Below are positions 60,605 through 64,000 of a stretch of DNA of 64,000 nucleotides, piece by piece; position 1 is the first letter of the stretch, and every line of letters begins with the position of its first letter. The notes under the pieces were generated by a model, which had not been told where the DNA came from, did no database searches, and saw nothing but the letters and a program-made list of their open reading frames with translations. The translations under genes were made by a program, and so were the position numbers. Source of the DNA: Rhizobium sp. Q54 (lineage in GTDB: Bacteria; Pseudomonadota; Alphaproteobacteria; UBA828); contig CAMDDO010000007.1 in NCBI GenBank assembly GCA_945892755.1, positions 1,397 to 65,396 of the forward strand. Direction: 5' to 3'.

Positions 60605-61753
60605 ATGAAGAGAATTCTGTTGGGTTCGACCGCACTGGTCGCGGCGGGCATGATCGCCGGTGGGGCCGCCCAGGCCGAAAACGCGCCGATCGCCGTGTCG
60701 GTGGGTGGCTACTATCAGTCGGCGTTCGCCGTCATCGATGAGAACAGCGACGCCGGGGAAAGCGCTGACGAGACCAGCTCGACGGCGTTCGGCGAAGACG
60801 TTGAAATCAACATCAACGGCAATAGCACCTTGGACAATGGCTTGACCGTTGGGTTTAGCGCCAAGCTCGAAGGCACCGGCACTGGCAGCGGCGGCTCGGA
60901 CACGCTCGACGAGCGCTTCGTGTTCTTCCGCGGCAATTGGGGCCAAATCCGCGTCGGCATGACCGAAGACGCGCGCCAGGAACTGACCACGTTCCAGCCG
61001 AGCGGCGCCTACATTTTTGGCGTCAATTCGCCGTTCTTCCGGTTCCAAACCGACCCGTTCTTCACGTCGCGCACCTATGACGATGGCCTTGGCGACGAAG
61101 ACTCGATGAAGATCATCTACTTCTCGCCGTCGTTCAACGGCTTCCAGTTTGCCCTGAGCTACGCGCCAAATGACGGCGGGCCGGATCAGTACCAGGGAAA
61201 TACGCGGAGCGGCGCGGCCGGCGATGCCACGGGCTCCGGTGCGTTGCTCGACCAGCTTTCGGCTGGCGTGGCGTTCGACCACGATTTCGGCGGTTTCAAG
61301 CTTCGCCTCTCGTCCGGCTATAGCAGCTATAATCTGGATCGTTGCAACACCACCGCCGCTTCGCAGGCCTGCGATGACTCGCCCGACTCGTTGTTTGCCG
61401 GTGGCACGATCTCGGTCGGCAAGTTCTCGTTTGGCGGCGGTTACATGCACCAAAACCTGGTCGCCCAAGACTCCTTGGCGGCCGACCGCGATCGTCAGGA
61501 CTACAATGTCGGCGTGGCCTATTGGGATGCCATGTGGGGCGTCGGCGTCGAATACGGCGCGGTTCGGCAGGAGAGCCTCACGGCTGGCGAAGATCAGGAC
61601 TATGATCTGTTCGCCATCAACGGCTCCTACATCCTAGGCCCGGGCGTAAGCCTTTCCGCCCAGATCGACGTGGGCGACGGCGACGATGACGCGGTCGGCT
61701 CGCTCGACACCGAGTGGGTCACCTTCATGGTTGGCTCGTCGCTGAACTTCTAA
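60605..61753 (+). CDS. outer-membrane porin (alphaproteobacterial porin family)
   Basis: ORF 60449..61753 trimmed to ATG 60605 (GAGGAGG RBS). Signal peptide MKRILLGSTALVAAGMIAGGAAQA, alternating beta-strand pattern, C-terminal ...GSSLNF. Confidence 0.85.
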   Translation: MKRILLGSTALVAAGMIAGGAAQAENAPIAVSVGGYYQSAFAVIDENSDAGESADETSSTAFGEDVEININGNSTLDNGLTVGFSAKLEGTGTGSGGSDTLDERFVFFRGNWGQIRVGMTEDARQELTTFQPSGAYIFGVNSPFFRFQTDPFFTSRTYDDGLGDEDSMKIIYFSPSFNGFQFALSYAPNDGGPDQYQGNTRSGAAGDATGSGALLDQLSAGVAFDHDFGGFKLRLSSGYSSYNLDRCNTTAASQACDDSPDSLFAGGTISVGKFSFGGGYMHQNLVAQDSLAADRDRQDYNVGVAYWDAMWGVGVEYGAVRQESLTAGEDQDYDLFAINGSYILGPGVSLSAQIDVGDGDDDAVGSLDTEWVTFMVGSSLNF

Positions 61754-61776
61754 GTCGATCGTCTCGTTTCCTTCGG

Positions 61777-61809
61777 GCGGGGGCGGCTATGCCGCTCCCG
61801 CTTTTTTTT
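61777..61809 (+). terminator. rho-independent terminator of the porin gene
   Basis: 11-bp GC stem GCGGGGGCGGC / GCCGCTCCCGC (one G-U pair), loop TAT, followed by T8. Confidence 0.85.
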
Positions 61810-61826
61810 GAGATTGCGAGCAGCGA

Positions 61827-62003
61827 GTGAAACCCTTCCTCCCGCTGGCGGGAGGAAGGCGGAAACGCATGCGTTTGCGGGGATGGAGGGTGGAATTCGA
61901 AGCGGGCGAAGCCCGCTCGCCAGCCTTGCCCGACCCTGGTGGGCGTGCTTCGCACGCTTTTGTTTCTCCCCTCCCTAATCCCTCCCCTTCGGGGAGGGAC
62001 TTT
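61827..62003. repeat. mosaic of GC-rich hairpins (copy A) upstream of sulfotransferase 1
   Basis: Modules: CCCTTCCTCCC..GGGAGGAAGG, GGAGGGTGG, AGCGGGCGAAGCCCGCT, GGCGTGCTTCGCACGC, CTCCCTAATCCCTCCCCTTCGGGGAGGGAC. The same order recurs at 62904-63060. Confidence 0.8.
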
Positions 62004-62019
62004 TGCTAGCTTCTACACT

Positions 62020-62886
62020 ATGGGCAAACTCATCTGGCTCGCCAGTTTCCCGAAATCCGGCAACACCTGGTTGCGGGCGTTCCTCCATAATCTCCTGATG
62101 AATCCGGAGCGGCCCGTTCCGCTCGATGACCTGGTGCGCTTCTGCCATCAAGATTCCGATGCGCAGTGGTTTCAGGCCGTGCTCGATGGACGGTCCGATC
62201 AGATCACGCCCTATCAATCGGATTCCCAGCGACGGACGGCGGATCTCAGCAAGGAAGAAGTCGCGCGGCTTCGCCCGCTGACCCACGAAATCCTGACGCG
62301 CACCCACCCCGATTCGGTGTTCGTGAAAACCCACAACGCGCTCGTCGTCAACCGCGGCACATCGACCATCACCATGGCCCATACGGCCGGGGCCATTTAT
62401 GTCGTGCGCAATCCCCTCGATGTCGCGGTTTCCTACGCCGACCATCTCGGCGTTTCGATTGACGAGGCGATCACCCGGCTTGCGAGCAAGATGGAAACCT
62501 CGAACACCGCTCGCGCTGTGTATGAGTATCGCGGCAATTGGTCCGAGCACGTCGAGAGCTGGACGCGCGCCAATAGTCCTGGGCTGTACGTCGTGCGCTA
62601 TGAAGACCTTCAGGCAAAGCCTGAGGCCGCGTTTGGCGCGATCTGCCAATTCCTAGGTCTCGGTGCGGCGCCCGAGCGCCTCCGCAAAGCGATCGAATTC
62701 TCCGCGTTCGAACAGCTCAGCCGGCAAGAGGCTGAGGAAGGCTTTCGCGAGCGGACCGCCGCGCAACAGAAGTTTTTTCGCCAAGGCAAGGTCGGCGGCT
62801 GGCGCGAGGTTTTAACCCCGGCCCAGGTCGCGCGCCTCGCCGCGCGCCATGGCGCCCAGATGGCGAGATTCGGATACAAGATATGA
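62020..62886 (+). CDS. PAPS-dependent sulfotransferase family protein
   Basis: ORF 61939..62886 trimmed to MGKLIWLASFPKSGNTWLRAF (5'-PSB loop PKSGNTW). 3'-PB motif VVRNPLDVAVSY. Confidence 0.85.
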   Translation: MGKLIWLASFPKSGNTWLRAFLHNLLMNPERPVPLDDLVRFCHQDSDAQWFQAVLDGRSDQITPYQSDSQRRTADLSKEEVARLRPLTHEILTRTHPDSVFVKTHNALVVNRGTSTITMAHTAGAIYVVRNPLDVAVSYADHLGVSIDEAITRLASKMETSNTARAVYEYRGNWSEHVESWTRANSPGLYVVRYEDLQAKPEAAFGAICQFLGLGAAPERLRKAIEFSAFEQLSRQEAEEGFRERTAAQQKFFRQGKVGGWREVLTPAQVARLAARHGAQMARFGYKI

Positions 62887-62903
62887 CCGGCCTCACAGAC
62901 TCG

Positions 62904-63060
62904 GTGAAAAGCCCTTCCTTCCTCCGAGATCGGAGGGAGGAAGGGTGGGGTTGGAGGGTGGCGCCCAGAGCGGGCGAAGCCCGCTCGGCCACGATTGGCG
63001 TGCTTCGCGCGCCTTGGGGCTCCCCCTCCCTAATCCCTCCCCCTGCGGGGGAGGGACTTT
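62904..63060. repeat. mosaic of GC-rich hairpins (copy B) upstream of sulfotransferase 2
   Basis: Same module order as 61827-62003, with indels between modules. Ends ...CTCCCTAATCCCTCCCCCTGCGGGGGAGGGACTTT just before the start codon. Confidence 0.8.
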
Positions 63061-63068
63061 GACGAGTG

Positions 63069-63905
63069 ATGTCCAATATTCTCTGGCTCGCCTCCTATCC
63101 AAAGTCGGGCAACACATGGGTGCGCTCGTTCCTGCACAACTTGTTGGCAAACAACGACGTACCGTTTGAGATCAACCGCATGTCGGCGCTTACGGTGGGC
63201 GATTCGCAGGCCCATTGGTATGCCCGGCTCGACTCGCGTCCGCCGCCCGCGCTCAACCCCGCCGATTTCGCCAGACTCCGGCCGGCGGTCCATAAATTGA
63301 TCGCCGACAGCGCGCCCGGGACGGTCATGGTCAAAACCCATAACGCCCTCGTCGCGGTCGCGGGGGTCAGCATGATCACGCTCGAGCTCACCGCAGGCGC
63401 GATCTATGTCGTGCGCGACCCGCTCGATGTCGCGCTTTCCTACGCGCACCATCTGGGCATCTCGCATGATGCCATCATCGAGCTGATGGGCCGCACCGGC
63501 TTCGAGACGCCGGCCAGCGCCAGCCATGTGCCCGAGCGTCAAAGCGACTGGTCGAGCCATGTGAAAAGCTGGACGCAAGCGCCCAATCCCGCGCTTCATG
63601 TCGTCCGTTACGAAGACCTCAGCGTCGAACCCGAGCGCCATTTCGGCGCCATCGCGCGCTTCATTGGCGTCGCGACCGAGCCGGCCCGGCTCGACCGGGC
63701 GATCCGCTTTTCCTCGTTTGACGCGCTGCGCCAACAGGAGGATAAGACCGGCTTCATCGAGCGTACGCCCGCGCAGGAACGATTCTTTCGCTCGGGCCGC
63801 GTCGGTGAGGGGCGCAAGACTCTTTCGCGCACCCAGATCAAGCGTCTGGTCGATCGCCATCGCGAGCAGATGCGGCGCTTCAACTATTTGCCCGAGGGCT
63901 TCTGA
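63069..63905 (+). CDS. PAPS-dependent sulfotransferase family protein (tandem paralog)
   Basis: MSNILWLASYPKSGNTWVRSF, KTHNALV, VVRDPLDVALSY, VVRYEDL. Colinear with the upstream paralog. Confidence 0.85.
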   Translation: MSNILWLASYPKSGNTWVRSFLHNLLANNDVPFEINRMSALTVGDSQAHWYARLDSRPPPALNPADFARLRPAVHKLIADSAPGTVMVKTHNALVAVAGVSMITLELTAGAIYVVRDPLDVALSYAHHLGISHDAIIELMGRTGFETPASASHVPERQSDWSSHVKSWTQAPNPALHVVRYEDLSVEPERHFGAIARFIGVATEPARLDRAIRFSSFDALRQQEDKTGFIERTPAQERFFRSGRVGEGRKTLSRTQIKRLVDRHREQMRRFNYLPEGF

Positions 63906-63913
63906 ACCGGATC

Positions 63914-64000
63914 ATGCTCGATCATCTCGACCAGCTCGAAAGCCGGAGCCTCTACATCATCCGCGAAGCCTATGCCCGCATTGAGCGACTCGGCATGCTC
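63914..64000 (+). CDS. cysD: sulfate adenylyltransferase subunit 2 (CysD/NodP), 5' fragment cut by the window end
   Basis: MLDHLDQLESRSLYIIREAYARIERLGML resembles the CysD N-terminus (L.QLEAESIHIIRE...). Only 29 codons are visible. Confidence 0.7.
   Translation, partial: MLDHLDQLESRSLYIIREAYARIERLGML

Overview
High-GC (by eye roughly 65%) alphaproteobacterial chromosome segment carrying the conserved origin-proximal gene set: his operon (hisB-DUF2628-hisH-hisA-hisF-hisE), hslVU, smr, mltA, Tim44-like, fxsA, secB, dnaQ, coaE, aroE, maf, a PpsR-like kinase, hemE-hemH-hemJ, rho, mnmE-mnmG-rsmG-parA-parB, holA-lptE-leuS. About 70 CDS are supported, with no rRNA, tRNA, CRISPR array, transposase or integrase seen. 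The 414-bp low-GC gap upstream of hemE (38909-39322) looks like oriC, with DnaA-box-like repeats including an exact 14-bp inverted pair. A near-consensus parS sits inside rsmG. Accessory material interrupts this backbone. (i) A sugar-type ABC operon fused to SDR and MetX-like hydrolase genes, followed by an amide-hydrolysis cluster (LLM oxidoreductase, orphan 203-aa protein, acetoacetate-decarboxylase-like protein, formamidase, GNAT, amidase). (ii) A Doc/AbrB-type toxin-antitoxin pair wedged after hslU, with a perfect 20-bp AT-rich operator palindrome and flanked by a MITE-like hairpin family that also occurs at 662-720. (iii) A 7.7-kb insertion between smr and mltA carrying lutA-lutB-lutB'-lutC (tandem lutB paralogs), a class III cyclase-TPR protein, and an alpha/beta hydrolase bracketed by a ~117-bp duplication of the mltA 3' end. 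(iv) A porin gene followed by two tandem PAPS-type sulfotransferase paralogs, each preceded by a ~160-175 bp mosaic of GC hairpins, then cysD. I do not see a clear novel defence-type multigene system. The most unusual items are the hairpin and mosaic repeat families, the duplicated lutB, the sulfation locus, the amide cluster with its orphan protein, and short AT-rich patches inside mnmE, mnmG and parA. All function calls rest on motif recognition by eye; no database search was run.
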